From Nanohaloarchaea archaeon B1-Br10_U2g21 (lineage in GTDB: Archaea; Nanohalarchaeota; Nanosalinia; Nanosalinales; Nanosalinaceae): a DNA stretch of 64,000 nucleotides. Both the position numbers and the translations under genes were made by a program. Position 1 is the stretch's first letter. Every line of letters begins with the position of its first letter. Of the stretch, positions 48,045 through 58,872 are shown piece by piece. The notes beneath the pieces were generated by a model. That model was not told the DNA's origin, did not search any database, and worked only from the letters and a program-made list of their open reading frames with translations. Location: assembly GCA_001563915.1 (NCBI GenBank), contig LKMP01000002.1, positions 32,001 to 96,000 on the forward strand, in the 5' to 3' direction.

Positions 48045-50624
48045 ATGAAGTACCTGCTTAAACAACTCAAAGATAAATTTGAGTTAGAAAAAAATGACTT
48101 AAAATTCTCAGAATTGAACTATGAAGTTGGAAATACTGCAGGCATGGATGTTGCAGGAGGGGTGCCTTCAGAACTCGCTCTCAGAGTTGGAAGTTCAGCA
48201 CAGAGAGGAGGAGGCGAGATGGAAATACAGATAACGAACCCAACAAGCTTTCATGTTGATAGAGAAGCATTATACACAATAGTGCAGCAACTAGGTCTTG
48301 ATATTTCCATCCATAGCGAGCCCAACGTAGGTTATACTTCAGCATACAAAACCGGACAAGGTAGAGGATTTGATCCCACACATGAATACTTCACAAAGTA
48401 TCTGCAGGAATTCGCATCTTGGAAGACTGAGGCAGAATCGCGCGAAGATCTTACATTCAATATTTCTAGAATTAATCCTCACGCATCTACCGATGAACGG
48501 CCTGCGCTACAAGAAAGAATGGAGCAAGATGTTGGTTTAGACCCTTTCGGTCTAGATATATCAGATCTAAGCGACGAGAGATGGGAAGAACGAGATAATA
48601 GAGGAATCAATATATACAGGAATAAAAAGTTTCTTAGAGGGATTTACCGTACCTTATTCCTAAGAGAAGCTCGTTTCCCATTCGAACAGTATTCGACTTT
48701 CGCAGCTTATAGTGAGAAATTTGACAACTTCTGGAAAGATGCACAACAACAAGCAAGTTACGAAATATTTGTCAAGGAAACTGGTCCTGAAAACTACCCT
48801 GAGCTAAAAGATCAAGTAATGACTAAACTATCCACTACCCAGAGCATACTAGTAAATGATCAGGGTCTTACTCTGGCTTGGAGAGAAATAGTAAATGATA
48901 CTCCTTTAGATAACGAGTTAAAACTCCCTCAGACAGAAGAGCTAGAATTAGACAGCGCCTCAACCCTTAGCGAACTAAATAGGGTTACAAGCACTCTAGG
49001 AGGCGTAAATATTTTTGAGTTGAGAAAGCTAACAGAGTATGTATATAGTATAGAAGAAAATGCGCTGACAGAAATATTAAGACAAGAAAATACAGAGCCT
49101 GAAAAGACCATTCTTAAAGCTCTTAGAGATGCATTGAACAATTTATGGAATCCGAACAAGTTTGAAGACTCTAATATTTCTATAGATGGGAAAATGCGAG
49201 GCCTCACGAATCATTTGGAGATACAACAGCTCAGAATTATTGAACGAGCTTATGATATAGGACTTGAAGGTAAAAGTTACAGAGTAAACGGCGACCTAGT
49301 GGATATTGAGGAAGCAGCTGAAAGAGTCTTCAGCGGAGATCCAGAAATGTATGAGACGCAGGACGATAAAGGACCTGAAGCACGTCACGTTGATATGGTG
49401 AAAAGAATTTTGCAGAATCAGCAGTTCCAGAGACAAATGTGGCAGGAGTCAGTGATTTTTTATCAAGTGATGCCTGTATGGATGAAGTACTCATCAGAAC
49501 AAGAAAAAAGCGAAGCTGGAGATATAGTCCACAGAGGTTTTGAAGCTCCTCGTTTCATATGGGAAACACTTGTAGAACGAAAATGGGGATCTATTGAATT
49601 TGAAGATAATTACTTTGAACGGCTTGAGTCTAGTCTAGAGTTCCGAGAAGATGTTGCAGCCGCAACAGGAGCATGTTATATTTGGAGCCATTTTACTCAG
49701 GTCAAAAGCCGTTTCAACGTAGAAGATTCATGGCTCAAGGAAGGCTTGGGTCTCGAAGAGGAAGATAACATAATAGACGAAATTGAAGAACACGGATGGT
49801 CTTGGGTCAGATGGATGAACGAGTTCGGAATAGGTGTGAATATCGAAGCTATGGCTGGTAGCTCTAATCAGGTACTGAAGGTATGGAAACCTAAAGATAT
49901 AGTAGCAGCTTGCAGAGCAATAAACATAACAGCTCGAAATCATTTCAACGAAATCCATGAAGATCTAGATGACTGTCCTGCAAAGTTCACGATAGACATG
50001 GAACATACCGCATCTTTTGGAACTGACCCATGGCTACACATGGAGGACTTAATAGAGCAAGAGAAATGGCTTGCTGACTCTGAATGGGCTGAAAAAATCC
50101 CTGTAAATAAAGAAAAACCTCTAGCAAAAATGGTGAGGATGTATCACCTTACAAAACCGGGTTTTGAAACTACTCAAGGAGTAGGCCATCTGCATGGACC
50201 TTTCAGAGAGGGAGATGTACAGCTATATACATGGCTGTATAAAATGGTGGCTAATGGATTCTGTCAAAATCCTGGAGAAAGAGCATCAATAATGTATGAG
50301 ATAGGCGGCGACCAAATGGGAACAGTAAGGCAGGCCAGACTCACGATGAATATGATAGAGTTGGGACTTTCCCCTGATGACCTTGATCCTGCTAAAATAG
50401 ATCCTGGTAAAGAGTATCAGTCAGAAGAGGATGCCCTAATGGCAAGGTTCTTCGGTATGGACTTGCCCTCCTTCAACAGAGAGTGGGCGAAGATCGAGAA
50501 TCATGCTTTCGATCCTTTGAAAGGTCTCTTAGAGACTCCGGAATTTGACTACACGTTCTCAAGTCTTGCTGCCATAAAGAATGATAATAATCCTGGAGAA
50601 TTCCAAAACGAAGAATATCGTTAG
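48045..50624 (+). CDS. AP-endonuclease-2/xylose-isomerase-like TIM-barrel protein with large insertion
   Basis: ordered ligands SIHSEP, NPHAS, NIEAM, IDMEH, MYHL, GHLH, IMYE. Confidence 0.7.
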   Translation: MKYLLKQLKDKFELEKNDLKFSELNYEVGNTAGMDVAGGVPSELALRVGSSAQRGGGEMEIQITNPTSFHVDREALYTIVQQLGLDISIHSEPNVGYTSAYKTGQGRGFDPTHEYFTKYLQEFASWKTEAESREDLTFNISRINPHASTDERPALQERMEQDVGLDPFGLDISDLSDERWEERDNRGINIYRNKKFLRGIYRTLFLREARFPFEQYSTFAAYSEKFDNFWKDAQQQASYEIFVKETGPENYPELKDQVMTKLSTTQSILVNDQGLTLAWREIVNDTPLDNELKLPQTEELELDSASTLSELNRVTSTLGGVNIFELRKLTEYVYSIEENALTEILRQENTEPEKTILKALRDALNNLWNPNKFEDSNISIDGKMRGLTNHLEIQQLRIIERAYDIGLEGKSYRVNGDLVDIEEAAERVFSGDPEMYETQDDKGPEARHVDMVKRILQNQQFQRQMWQESVIFYQVMPVWMKYSSEQEKSEAGDIVHRGFEAPRFIWETLVERKWGSIEFEDNYFERLESSLEFREDVAAATGACYIWSHFTQVKSRFNVEDSWLKEGLGLEEEDNIIDEIEEHGWSWVRWMNEFGIGVNIEAMAGSSNQVLKVWKPKDIVAACRAINITARNHFNEIHEDLDDCPAKFTIDMEHTASFGTDPWLHMEDLIEQEKWLADSEWAEKIPVNKEKPLAKMVRMYHLTKPGFETTQGVGHLHGPFREGDVQLYTWLYKMVANGFCQNPGERASIMYEIGGDQMGTVRQARLTMNMIELGLSPDDLDPAKIDPGKEYQSEEDALMARFFGMDLPSFNREWAKIENHAFDPLKGLLETPEFDYTFSSLAAIKNDNNPGEFQNEEYR

Positions 50625-51259
50625 AAACGAGGGCCTCCTCTCCTCCAATCGGCAATTTTTCTACCTAGTTCTTTCCCTTCTGCCCAAAACTCCCAGTTTA
50701 AAGGCAATTTTTCTAATTTTTCTCCGGCAGAACCAAGTATTTTCAGGTATTTTTCCTCAGGAAAGTCTTTATCTACCGTATTAGCCGAAAGAACCACGAA
50801 ATCATCTTGGTCGAAGGCTCTACTTATACTTTCCACACCTTCAGCATGATAATCACTTGTTATATGTATTCTACCTGTGCCTGCTTCTCTGTTATATGGC
50901 TTATTCAGTTCATCTTCAGTTATTTTAGGGCTAATAAAGTTAACAGATTTCTCGTATATAGAGTCCGATTCATTTATGTTATCTCGAAATTGTTCAGGAG
51001 CATGAAACTGAGGATTACGACCTTGACTTTGCAGATAGAACGCTACTGTTTCAAATAAATCATATCTCAAGTCGTCTTCTTCAGTAGAAGGACTTCCATG
51101 CAGAATTATCTCATCAAAATCAGTAAAAGCCGTCCCATATTCAAAGTCATCCACAATATCAGTCAATTCTTTATCTGATAGAGCTTCATCACTAGTATAA
51201 GCAGAAATACTTTTACCGATCTCTGACTTAGCCTTATTGACAGCGCGCTTATCTACCAT
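50621..51259 (-). CDS. hypothetical protein, possibly divergent DUF218/YdcF-like
   Basis: IILHG, IHITSDYH motif. Confidence 0.55.
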   Translation of the reverse strand: MVDKRAVNKAKSEIGKSISAYTSDEALSDKELTDIVDDFEYGTAFTDFDEIILHGSPSTEEDDLRYDLFETVAFYLQSQGRNPQFHAPEQFRDNINESDSIYEKSVNFISPKITEDELNKPYNREAGTGRIHITSDYHAEGVESISRAFDQDDFVVLSANTVDKDFPEEKYLKILGSAGEKLEKLPLNWEFWAEGKELGRKIADWRRGGPRF

Positions 51260-51322
51260 TAAGTGGCAGATACTGTATAAAGTTTTATAATCTTGGTGCG
51301 CAATTTCTTTCCGTGATTTGTA

Positions 51323-52531
51323 ATGAGCTCCAAGGACAAGCTTAAGGACATGCGAGAGAAATCAAAAGAAAGAAGAATCGAGGCTGTTGAGAACTTTTCA
51401 GACAGCCTAGTCGAAAAACTTGGAGACAAAGTAAAAGTAGTTGCTGTATGGGGCTCAGTTCCTAAAGGCGAACACGGATATGACAGCGATATAGACACAT
51501 TAGTCATCCTTGATGACACAAAACTTGAGAAGGACGTACCTGATGACGCCAAACAAAAGATTCGCCGTAAAGTCACTCAACTAGCGAAAGATACTGATAA
51601 TCGTATAACAATCCAGTATTTCCCATTTCTAACTGAGTTCTGGGATGCGTTGAGGAAAGGCGAACCTTTAGCAATAGAAGCTGTTAGAAATGGACATCCT
51701 GTATACGACACAGGCATATTCATGCCCTCAAAAAGACTGTTAGAAAGAGGGAAAATAACAGGCACACAAGAATCAGTCAGAAAGCGATTAAAAATAGGTG
51801 CTGCCCGTTATAAGAAAGCAGAAAAAGAATTCAAGTCATCTATTCCTCACAAACTTGAACAAGCCATGGCTTCAGCAGGCCAGGCCCCAATAATGCTTAC
51901 AGGGCGTAGCCCTCCTGGAAAAGAAAAAGTACCAGACGTATTGGAGGAAATGTTTGTAGAACAAGACATGCTTGAACAAGAATACGTAGACCTTGGTAAC
52001 GAAATCTATGACTTCGGAGACATGGGAGAAAAAAATCCTGAGGATGTAACAGGTGAGATGGTAGAAGAACATTTGGAAAAAACAGATAAATTCATCCGTA
52101 GAATGCACAAGCTTGTTTCAGAGATGGGCGCCCGGAAAAAAGTCAAGAATATTATAGAAGACTATAAGCAATTCCTAAAAGCAAATGTGGCTGCTCTAAA
52201 ATCTCAGGGAGTAGAACCTCCTGAAGATAAAGAGGATTTGCCTGGCGTAGTTGGAGAGCATCTAGATGTTGGAGAAGAACATGTAGAAATGTTTGACAAA
52301 TGGAATAACATCATAGATAAAATAAGAGACAAAGAACTGGAAAACGTGAACGAAAAAGAACTCTACGAGCTAAAGACAAACAGCAGAGAATTTATAACAG
52401 AAGTAGGCCGAGACCTTAGAGAAATGAAAGAAGCAGAAGCAGATATAGCTCCTGATGTGGATCCATCCGAAGTAGCAATGAGCGCAGGTAAAAAGAAAAT
52501 GCCAGAGGCTGAAACAGAAGAAGAGGAATAG
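51323..52531 (+). CDS. Pol-beta-type nucleotidyltransferase fused to HEPN-like helical domain(s)
   Basis: VWGSVPKG...SDIDTLVILDD; helical C-terminal half. Confidence 0.8.
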   Translation: MSSKDKLKDMREKSKERRIEAVENFSDSLVEKLGDKVKVVAVWGSVPKGEHGYDSDIDTLVILDDTKLEKDVPDDAKQKIRRKVTQLAKDTDNRITIQYFPFLTEFWDALRKGEPLAIEAVRNGHPVYDTGIFMPSKRLLERGKITGTQESVRKRLKIGAARYKKAEKEFKSSIPHKLEQAMASAGQAPIMLTGRSPPGKEKVPDVLEEMFVEQDMLEQEYVDLGNEIYDFGDMGEKNPEDVTGEMVEEHLEKTDKFIRRMHKLVSEMGARKKVKNIIEDYKQFLKANVAALKSQGVEPPEDKEDLPGVVGEHLDVGEEHVEMFDKWNNIIDKIRDKELENVNEKELYELKTNSREFITEVGRDLREMKEAEADIAPDVDPSEVAMSAGKKKMPEAETEEEE

Positions 52532-52585
52532 AGTACTAATTTTTCTTCTTCTCTGCACGGAAACACATGGTAACCGATATGTAGA

Positions 52586-53218
52586 CTAAGCCTCTTCTTC
52601 CTGCATTTCTTTAATTTTCTTCATTCTGAACGTTTCTTCTCTTTCACGTTCTTCTAGCAGTTGTGATACCATATCTAGGCCTTCTTGCATCTCAGGAATA
52701 ATCTTGTGCTCTAACGCGTTAACACGCCTCTTAGTTTTTTCTATTTCGTTAAGTAGTCGAATAATTTTGGTCTGCGTTTCTGCTGCATCGACCACTTTTT
52801 CGACTAATTCTTCGAATTTTTCAGCTGTGGCGTCAATACGTGAAGATGAATGGTTCAATCCGTAATCTCTGTCGGTTATATGTTGTTTCACTTCTACGGA
52901 CTCAATTTCCGGGACTTTAACCCCCATTATATTCTGTTCCTCTAAACCTATCTTTGATCCATTTCCATTGGTCAGCGCATTAGCTCTTAGGGCTGATTCT
53001 CCATCGTAAACCTGTGTGAGAACCAGTTTAAGCTGGGCTTCTGAAAAGAGTTCGGCGAGTTCTTGGTTAACATCCTGTGCGTCGCCTACCACTTCCATAA
53101 ACTCGTGAATTAAGCCATCTCGTTTCTGTTCAAGGATTGAATGACCGTTTTCTGCAAGTTCAATCTGTTCCTTTAAACGAAGTTCTTCTGATCTAGTAGG
53201 TTTTATGTCCTGTGCCAT
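52586..53218 (-). CDS. atpD: A-type ATP synthase subunit D
   Basis: PTRSE, KRDGL, KTKRRVNALE. Confidence 0.95.
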   Translation of the reverse strand: MAQDIKPTRSEELRLKEQIELAENGHSILEQKRDGLIHEFMEVVGDAQDVNQELAELFSEAQLKLVLTQVYDGESALRANALTNGNGSKIGLEEQNIMGVKVPEIESVEVKQHITDRDYGLNHSSSRIDATAEKFEELVEKVVDAAETQTKIIRLLNEIEKTKRRVNALEHKIIPEMQEGLDMVSQLLEEREREETFRMKKIKEMQEEEA

Positions 53219-53222
53219 TTTA

Positions 53223-54605
53223 TCAAAGGTCTGCTTGTCGATCTTCGAGTTTTTCTTCTCTGAGTTCTGGATCTATTCTTGTCAGCTCATCAGAGGGTAC
53301 TAATGAAAGCAAATCCCAGGCAAGCTCTAAAGAGTCTTGAATTGTCCTATTCTTATCGAATCCTTGGTTCACGAAGTGTTCCTCAAATTTTTCTGTGAAT
53401 TTTAAGACTCTTTCATCCCTGTCGCTTAATGCATCTTCTCCGACAATCGCTACAAGATCTCTTAGATCTTGTCCTTCTGCATACAATGCATATAGCTGAT
53501 CCTTGACATCTCCATGGTCTCCTCTAGTATATCCTTCTCCAATTCCGTTGTCCATCAATCTGCTCAGTGAAGGAAGCACATCCACAGGAGGATTTCTATC
53601 CTGATTATCTAGTGCTCTATCAACTACAATCTGTCCTTCTGTAATGTACCCTGTTAAATCCGGAATAGGATGTGTCATATCGTCTCCAACCATTGTGAGG
53701 ATAGGTAGTTGAGTAACTGATCCTTGTTTTCCATCAATAATACCTGCTCTTTCATAGAGGTTTGCAAGATCAGTATACATGTATCCTGGATATCCTCTTC
53801 GGCCTGGTACTTCCTCTCTAGCGGCCGAAACTTCACGCAGTGCGTTACAGTAATTAGTGATATCAGTCATAATGACTAATACTTCCATTCCTTTCTCAAA
53901 AGCAAGGTATTCTGCTGTTGTCAATGCCATTCTTGGAGTAATAATTCTCTCAGGCGCAGGATCTGAAGCCTTGTTAAGAAACACTACTGATCTCTCTAGA
54001 GCCCCAGTTTCTTTGAACTCTTCAATGAACTCTTGAGACTCTTCTTCTGTAATTCCCATTCCTGCAAAAACTACTGCGAACTCCTCATCACCTTGAATAT
54101 CTGCCTGTCTTGCGATTTGCATCGCTAATTCATTATGAGGTAGCCCTGATCCTGAGAATATAGGAAGTTTCTGGCCTCTTACCAATGTATTCATGACATC
54201 AATGGTTGAAACTCCTGTCTGGATGAAATCTTCCGGTAATTCTCTTGAGTAGGGGTTTATTGCTTCTCCTACAATATCGACTTCGTCTTCAGGAATTACT
54301 TCTGGACCGCCATCTATTGGATCTCCTTTTCCGTCTAGCACTCTACCAAGTAAATCTTCTGTTACCGGCATCTTTACGTTCTGGTTCAGGAAACGCACTT
54401 TAGCGTCTTGTCCGATTCCTTGTGTCTCTTCATATACTTGCACGATCACTACATCTTTAGACGTTTCAAGGACTTCTCCTTGTTTGACATTTCCATTCGG
54501 TGTCTCGATTTCGACGATATCTCCATAGGCTATGTCCTCTGTCTTTTCTACAAAGACTAGAGGGCCTTTGACTTCGTTAATGGTCTTGTATTCTTGTTGT
54601 GGCAT
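53223..54605 (-). CDS. atpB: A-type ATP synthase subunit B
   Basis: [26 protein letters not shown]. Confidence 0.97.
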   Translation of the reverse strand: MPQQEYKTINEVKGPLVFVEKTEDIAYGDIVEIETPNGNVKQGEVLETSKDVVIVQVYEETQGIGQDAKVRFLNQNVKMPVTEDLLGRVLDGKGDPIDGGPEVIPEDEVDIVGEAINPYSRELPEDFIQTGVSTIDVMNTLVRGQKLPIFSGSGLPHNELAMQIARQADIQGDEEFAVVFAGMGITEEESQEFIEEFKETGALERSVVFLNKASDPAPERIITPRMALTTAEYLAFEKGMEVLVIMTDITNYCNALREVSAAREEVPGRRGYPGYMYTDLANLYERAGIIDGKQGSVTQLPILTMVGDDMTHPIPDLTGYITEGQIVVDRALDNQDRNPPVDVLPSLSRLMDNGIGEGYTRGDHGDVKDQLYALYAEGQDLRDLVAIVGEDALSDRDERVLKFTEKFEEHFVNQGFDKNRTIQDSLELAWDLLSLVPSDELTRIDPELREEKLEDRQADL

Positions 54606-54609
54606 AGTA

Positions 54610-55164
54610 TTAATTCTCCTCCGCGTAATTTATTCTCATTGCTTCAATAGCGTTCAGCTTTTCAATAGCATCATATATGTGGCCTTCTCCTAAGGCTACT
54701 TCAGTAGTTATTCTACCCGCCTGTTTCTTACTACATTCTAGATCACAATGAGATTCAAAGTAATGTAGCGCCGTATTTTGCAGGTTTTCTCTACTATCTC
54801 TGTAAACTTGTGAACTCCGTTCATGCTCCTTTTGGACTTCATAAAACTCTAGCGCGGCCTGTTTAACGGGTTCAGCCGGAAAATGAGAAAATTCTGAATT
54901 CAAAACATGTAATGCATCAAGTTTCAGTTTAGCTTCGTCAATATCTCCTATTACTGCATCTACAGCTATTTCTGAGGCCTGACGTTCTGCATGAGTTTCA
55001 TCATAACCAGAATCTACTAGATAATCTAATACTTGTTGTTCTAGCTCTTGTCTTTGATCCCAGGATTCTTGACTGCGTCCAAACTCTTGTCTAGCTGTTA
55101 GTGTTTGTTCTGCGACATGCTTCAATCCTGAAATATTTGCGGCTGCAGGTTCAGCACTCATCAC
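54610..55164 (-). CDS. hypothetical helical protein with internal duplication inside ATP synthase operon
   Basis: 184 aa; overlaps atpA stop, 4-nt gap to atpB. Confidence 0.75.
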   Translation of the reverse strand: MMSAEPAAANISGLKHVAEQTLTARQEFGRSQESWDQRQELEQQVLDYLVDSGYDETHAERQASEIAVDAVIGDIDEAKLKLDALHVLNSEFSHFPAEPVKQAALEFYEVQKEHERSSQVYRDSRENLQNTALHYFESHCDLECSKKQAGRITTEVALGEGHIYDAIEKLNAIEAMRINYAEEN

Positions 55165-56888
55165 TTGCTTACCTCTTCAAATTCTTCTTTCATCTGGTTT
55201 TTCAGATCTTTTTTCACGTCTAAGAATTCTTCGCTTGTCTTCATTTCACTGATTCTGTTCTTAGAGTCTATTGAAATGATGTCTTCTACAACTGCGCCAT
55301 CTTCTAGAGCATCGTAAGCTTGATCAGCCCAGTGCAAAATTAATTCCAGTATGTGGTACGTTTTCTCAGGACTACTGTACTGATCTACAGGATGGAATGC
55401 GTTCTGCTGCAGGTAGAACTGTTTTATTAAAGTTCCAATTTCTAGAGTTAGACGCTCTCTATCTGGAAGCGCGTCTTTACCAACGAGTTGAACAGTTTCC
55501 TGTAGTTCACCATCTTTTTGCAGTATATCTCTCATTCTCTGGATATTGTCTTGCCAATCGCTATTTACTTCTCCCTCAAAGTGGTCAGAAAGTTTTGCTC
55601 CATAACCAGAGTAAGAATCATCCCAAGAAATAGATGGGAAGTGTCTCTTTTCTGCTAGACCTGTATCTAGGGCCCAAAAGTTCTTTACTACTCTTAACGT
55701 GTTTTGAGTCACTGGCTCAGAGAAGTCTCCTCCCGGGGGGCTTACCGCTCCTACAATTGATACTGATCCAGGATTTTCAGGACCAAGAGGTGTTACTCTT
55801 CCTGCTCGTTCATAGAATTCTGCAAGTCTCGAAGATAGATATGCTGGGTAACCTCTTTCTCCAGGCATTTCTTCAAGTCGAGCGGATACTTCACGCATTG
55901 CTTCTGCCCATCGGGATGTTGAGTCTGCCATCAGCGCCACATCTAATCCCATATCACGGAAGTACTCCGCAATTGTCACACCTGTATAAATAGACGCTTC
56001 TCTTGCTGCTACAGGCATATTTGAAGTGTTTGCGATTAATACGGTACGATTAATGATTTTGTCTCCTGTTTGAGGATCTTCAAGTTCCGGAAACTCTTCC
56101 AGCACTTCTGTCATCTCATTTCCACGTTCTCCGCATCCAATATAGACAATAATGTCTGCATCAGAGAACTTTGCTAATGACTGCTGTGTAACAGTTTTTC
56201 CTGTTCCGAATCCTCCCGGTACTGCGGCCGTACCTCCTTTTGCCAGAGGGAATAATCCGTCAAGAACTCTCTGTCCTGTTACCAAAGGCACCTCTGGTTT
56301 TAGATCTTTACCCACAGGTCTTGCATCTCTGATAGGCCATTCCTGTCTCATAGCGATCTCTTCGCCATTATCTAGTTCAACTACAGTTTCTTTTACTGTA
56401 TGTTCCCCAGAGCTAAAATCTGTTACTTCTCCTCCTTCAAAATTAGGAGGCACCATTACTTTGTGTTTACCGTAAGTCACTTCTACTGTTCCTACTACAT
56501 CTCCAGGTTTTACTTCATCACCTACTTCGACGCGAGGCGAGAAATCGTACTCTGCTTCAGGATTAATTCCTGGCGCATCTTCTCCTCTCTCTATGAAGTC
56601 TCCGCTGAGTTCTTGTAGTTCTACTAGAGGTCTCTGTAGTCCGTCATAGATTGAGCCGAGAAGACCTGGTCCTAATTCCACAGAAAGCGGTTGTTCAGTG
56701 TTTTCTACTGGTTCCCCAGGTTTCACTCCTGTTGTGTCTTCGTAGACTTGGATGTAGCACTTTTCGCCTTCTATTTGAATTACTTCTCCCATTAATCCTT
56801 CGTCACCAACAGAAACCACGTCATACATCTGCGGTTCCATGTCTGTCGCAACTACAACAGGTCCTGCCACTTTGTAGATTTCTCCCAT
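55161..56888 (-). CDS. atpA: A-type ATP synthase subunit A
   Basis: [25 protein letters not shown]; no intein. Confidence 0.97.
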   Translation of the reverse strand: MGEIYKVAGPVVVATDMEPQMYDVVSVGDEGLMGEVIQIEGEKCYIQVYEDTTGVKPGEPVENTEQPLSVELGPGLLGSIYDGLQRPLVELQELSGDFIERGEDAPGINPEAEYDFSPRVEVGDEVKPGDVVGTVEVTYGKHKVMVPPNFEGGEVTDFSSGEHTVKETVVELDNGEEIAMRQEWPIRDARPVGKDLKPEVPLVTGQRVLDGLFPLAKGGTAAVPGGFGTGKTVTQQSLAKFSDADIIVYIGCGERGNEMTEVLEEFPELEDPQTGDKIINRTVLIANTSNMPVAAREASIYTGVTIAEYFRDMGLDVALMADSTSRWAEAMREVSARLEEMPGERGYPAYLSSRLAEFYERAGRVTPLGPENPGSVSIVGAVSPPGGDFSEPVTQNTLRVVKNFWALDTGLAEKRHFPSISWDDSYSGYGAKLSDHFEGEVNSDWQDNIQRMRDILQKDGELQETVQLVGKDALPDRERLTLEIGTLIKQFYLQQNAFHPVDQYSSPEKTYHILELILHWADQAYDALEDGAVVEDIISIDSKNRISEMKTSEEFLDVKKDLKNQMKEEFEEVSK

Positions 56889-56980
56889 CAGAGAACACCT
56901 CTGTGTTCTTCTGTTCCGAGCAGATTAATCATCTGCGTGTTTTTATTCCTCATTGTTTGTGTTTCACCTTTAATATTCAT
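56888..56980 (-). CDS. 30-aa mini-ORF bridging atpF and atpA
   Basis: ATGA overlap with atpF stop, TGATG overlap with atpA start; [30 protein letters not shown]. Confidence 0.35.
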   Translation of the reverse strand: MNIKGETQTMRNKNTQMINLLGTEEHRGVL

Positions 56981-57285
56981 TTTGTAATGTCAGCTCCGAT
57001 AGCAGTCTTAATTTTTTCTTGAAGTCTCTGGCTTTCAGCTTCTTCTGATAGACCTATTACTACTGGATCAACCGAAGCTTCAATTTTTTGCCTTGTCTGT
57101 TTTCTTGTCTCTTGAATTAGCGATTCTTCTGTAATTATAATTCCCAGTTCTGAATCTTCCAGAAGCTCTTCCAATTTTTCATCGATGTTTTCTGGAGTGT
57201 AAGTTTTTTGTATCCCTGCTAGTCTGAAACCTAGAGTAAATTTTTCGGTTCCTACTACTGCGATATCTTTCTTTTCTTCTTCCAT
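56977..57285 (-). CDS. atpF: A-type ATP synthase subunit F
   Basis: IAVVG...GFRLAGI, IK.AIG.D. Confidence 0.93.
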   Translation of the reverse strand: MEEEKKDIAVVGTEKFTLGFRLAGIQKTYTPENIDEKLEELLEDSELGIIITEESLIQETRKQTRQKIEASVDPVVIGLSEEAESQRLQEKIKTAIGADITK

Positions 57286-57291
57286 TTTTTA

Positions 57292-58269
57292 TCACATTAA
57301 GACAAGATTTTTTCTGATTGTTTCGCGGTTTTGAATTCCTGTTTCTTTTGCTCTTACAATCATCCTCAAGTTCTCTATCTCTACTTCTTTTGCTACTATA
57401 TAACCTACAACTGTAGATAAACCTAGAGGCTCGCGATGCATAGTTTTTAAAGCCTCTGTAAGACGTTTCTGCTCTATTGAGTGCTCTAACTCTTCTAATG
57501 TTTCTCCTTCCGCCCCTGTTAATTCTTTAACTTTTTCTATGACCTCACCATAGTTCTCAAGGTCTAACAAATCTTTTACTTTCTTATCATCAGCGCATGT
57601 TAGTTCCGGCAGGATTTCTGATTGATCTAGACCGTGTTTTTTCAGTCTAAGAATAATCTTGAGATCTCTGTAGAGTAGTTCTGTTTCTACAAAGTTTTTG
57701 AACTCTTTACTCCGTGTTCTCGATGCTAGGCTCCTTAAATCTTCCGCATAGGCCTGATCAAGTTTTCTTTCTATTTCGTCGAGTGACTCATCATCCTTGA
57801 TTTTTGCTTGGTAGTCTACGGATGAGTCTTCAAATACTATGCGTTCTTTCAGTTCTTCAAAACTCAACGCTTCTATTTCTTCAGAACTTAGTTCAATAGT
57901 ATCTATAGGATAGATTATGTTCTCTAATTCTTCATCAGACTTGCTTTCTTTCCACCTTAAAATTCTTTTATAGTTAAGAATATCGAATCTTCTAGTATAA
58001 GCTGTAATAATTGGTTTTGCATCTTCTGAGGAGATCTTAACTAAATGCGTCAATGTATTAGATAAATTCAGGTTTATGGCTCTTTCAATCAGATTGGCTC
58101 CGTCAAAATCAGATCCAAACTCGTTTATCTCATTACTGTAATCTCCTTCTTCCATTTTCCTTGATATTTCATTTACCTGCATCTTCAGCAGATTATCATA
58201 CTCACTCTCACCATAGAGTTTTGCCTTTTTTGCAGAGACTCTAGCACACATGTAAGGATAATCTTTCAT
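57292..58269 (-). CDS. atpC: A-type ATP synthase subunit C
   Basis: YPYMCARV, KEVEIENLRMI; operon position. Confidence 0.9.
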   Translation of the reverse strand: MKDYPYMCARVSAKKAKLYGESEYDNLLKMQVNEISRKMEEGDYSNEINEFGSDFDGANLIERAINLNLSNTLTHLVKISSEDAKPIITAYTRRFDILNYKRILRWKESKSDEELENIIYPIDTIELSSEEIEALSFEELKERIVFEDSSVDYQAKIKDDESLDEIERKLDQAYAEDLRSLASRTRSKEFKNFVETELLYRDLKIILRLKKHGLDQSEILPELTCADDKKVKDLLDLENYGEVIEKVKELTGAEGETLEELEHSIEQKRLTEALKTMHREPLGLSTVVGYIVAKEVEIENLRMIVRAKETGIQNRETIRKNLVLM

Positions 58270-58811
58270 CCTTCAACCTCCCTAAACAGAGTTTGAGAAA
58301 CTTTACCACGGTATTTCTTCCTGTACTCCGAAACAATTCGATCATACGAAAGATTCAACGACTTAGAGCCATCACTGTTCTCAAGTATAAGACCTTTTTC
58401 ATTCATTCCCTCATATCGATCACCGACTACAGATTCAAATTCTTCCGACGCTCTTATAGTTGCAACTTTGAAATCTGCAGAGTCTTCTGCGTTCTCAAGT
58501 AACTCTTCTTTCTGGTTCGCTGTAAGATTCTCTAGTTCTTCTCTGAATTTTTCGAAGAGCTTGCCCATTTCTCGCTGTTTAGCCTCTTGCACTTTTTTCT
58601 TTGCTTCCATGCGTGCCTGAGAAATAGTTTTTCTTTCTAGTTCACTTCTTTCCTCTTCAGTTTCGTTTTTCACCCTTTCTTCAATCTTACCAGCCTCTTC
58701 TTTTGCTTCTTCCAGTATTTCTTCTGCCTCTTCTTCAGAGTCATTTTTTATCTCTGAGGCCTGCTTCTCTGCCTCGTTCAAGATTTCGTCTTTTACCTGT
58801 TCTAGTCCCAT
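58266..58811 (-). CDS. atpE: A-type ATP synthase subunit E
   Basis: MGLEQVKDEIL, coiled coil; operon position. Confidence 0.9.
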   Translation of the reverse strand: MGLEQVKDEILNEAEKQASEIKNDSEEEAEEILEEAKEEAGKIEERVKNETEEERSELERKTISQARMEAKKKVQEAKQREMGKLFEKFREELENLTANQKEELLENAEDSADFKVATIRASEEFESVVGDRYEGMNEKGLILENSDGSKSLNLSYDRIVSEYRKKYRGKVSQTLFREVEG

Positions 58812-58837
58812 AGTATTGTGTTAAATAAAGTAATGGC

Positions 58838-58854
58838 GAGGCCCAAAGGGCCTC
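58838..58854. other. GC-rich hairpin between atpK and atpE
   Basis: GAGGCCC-AAA-GGGCCTC followed by T-run on + strand. Confidence 0.6.
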
Positions 58855-58872
58855 TCTTTTTTAGAGGATGGT

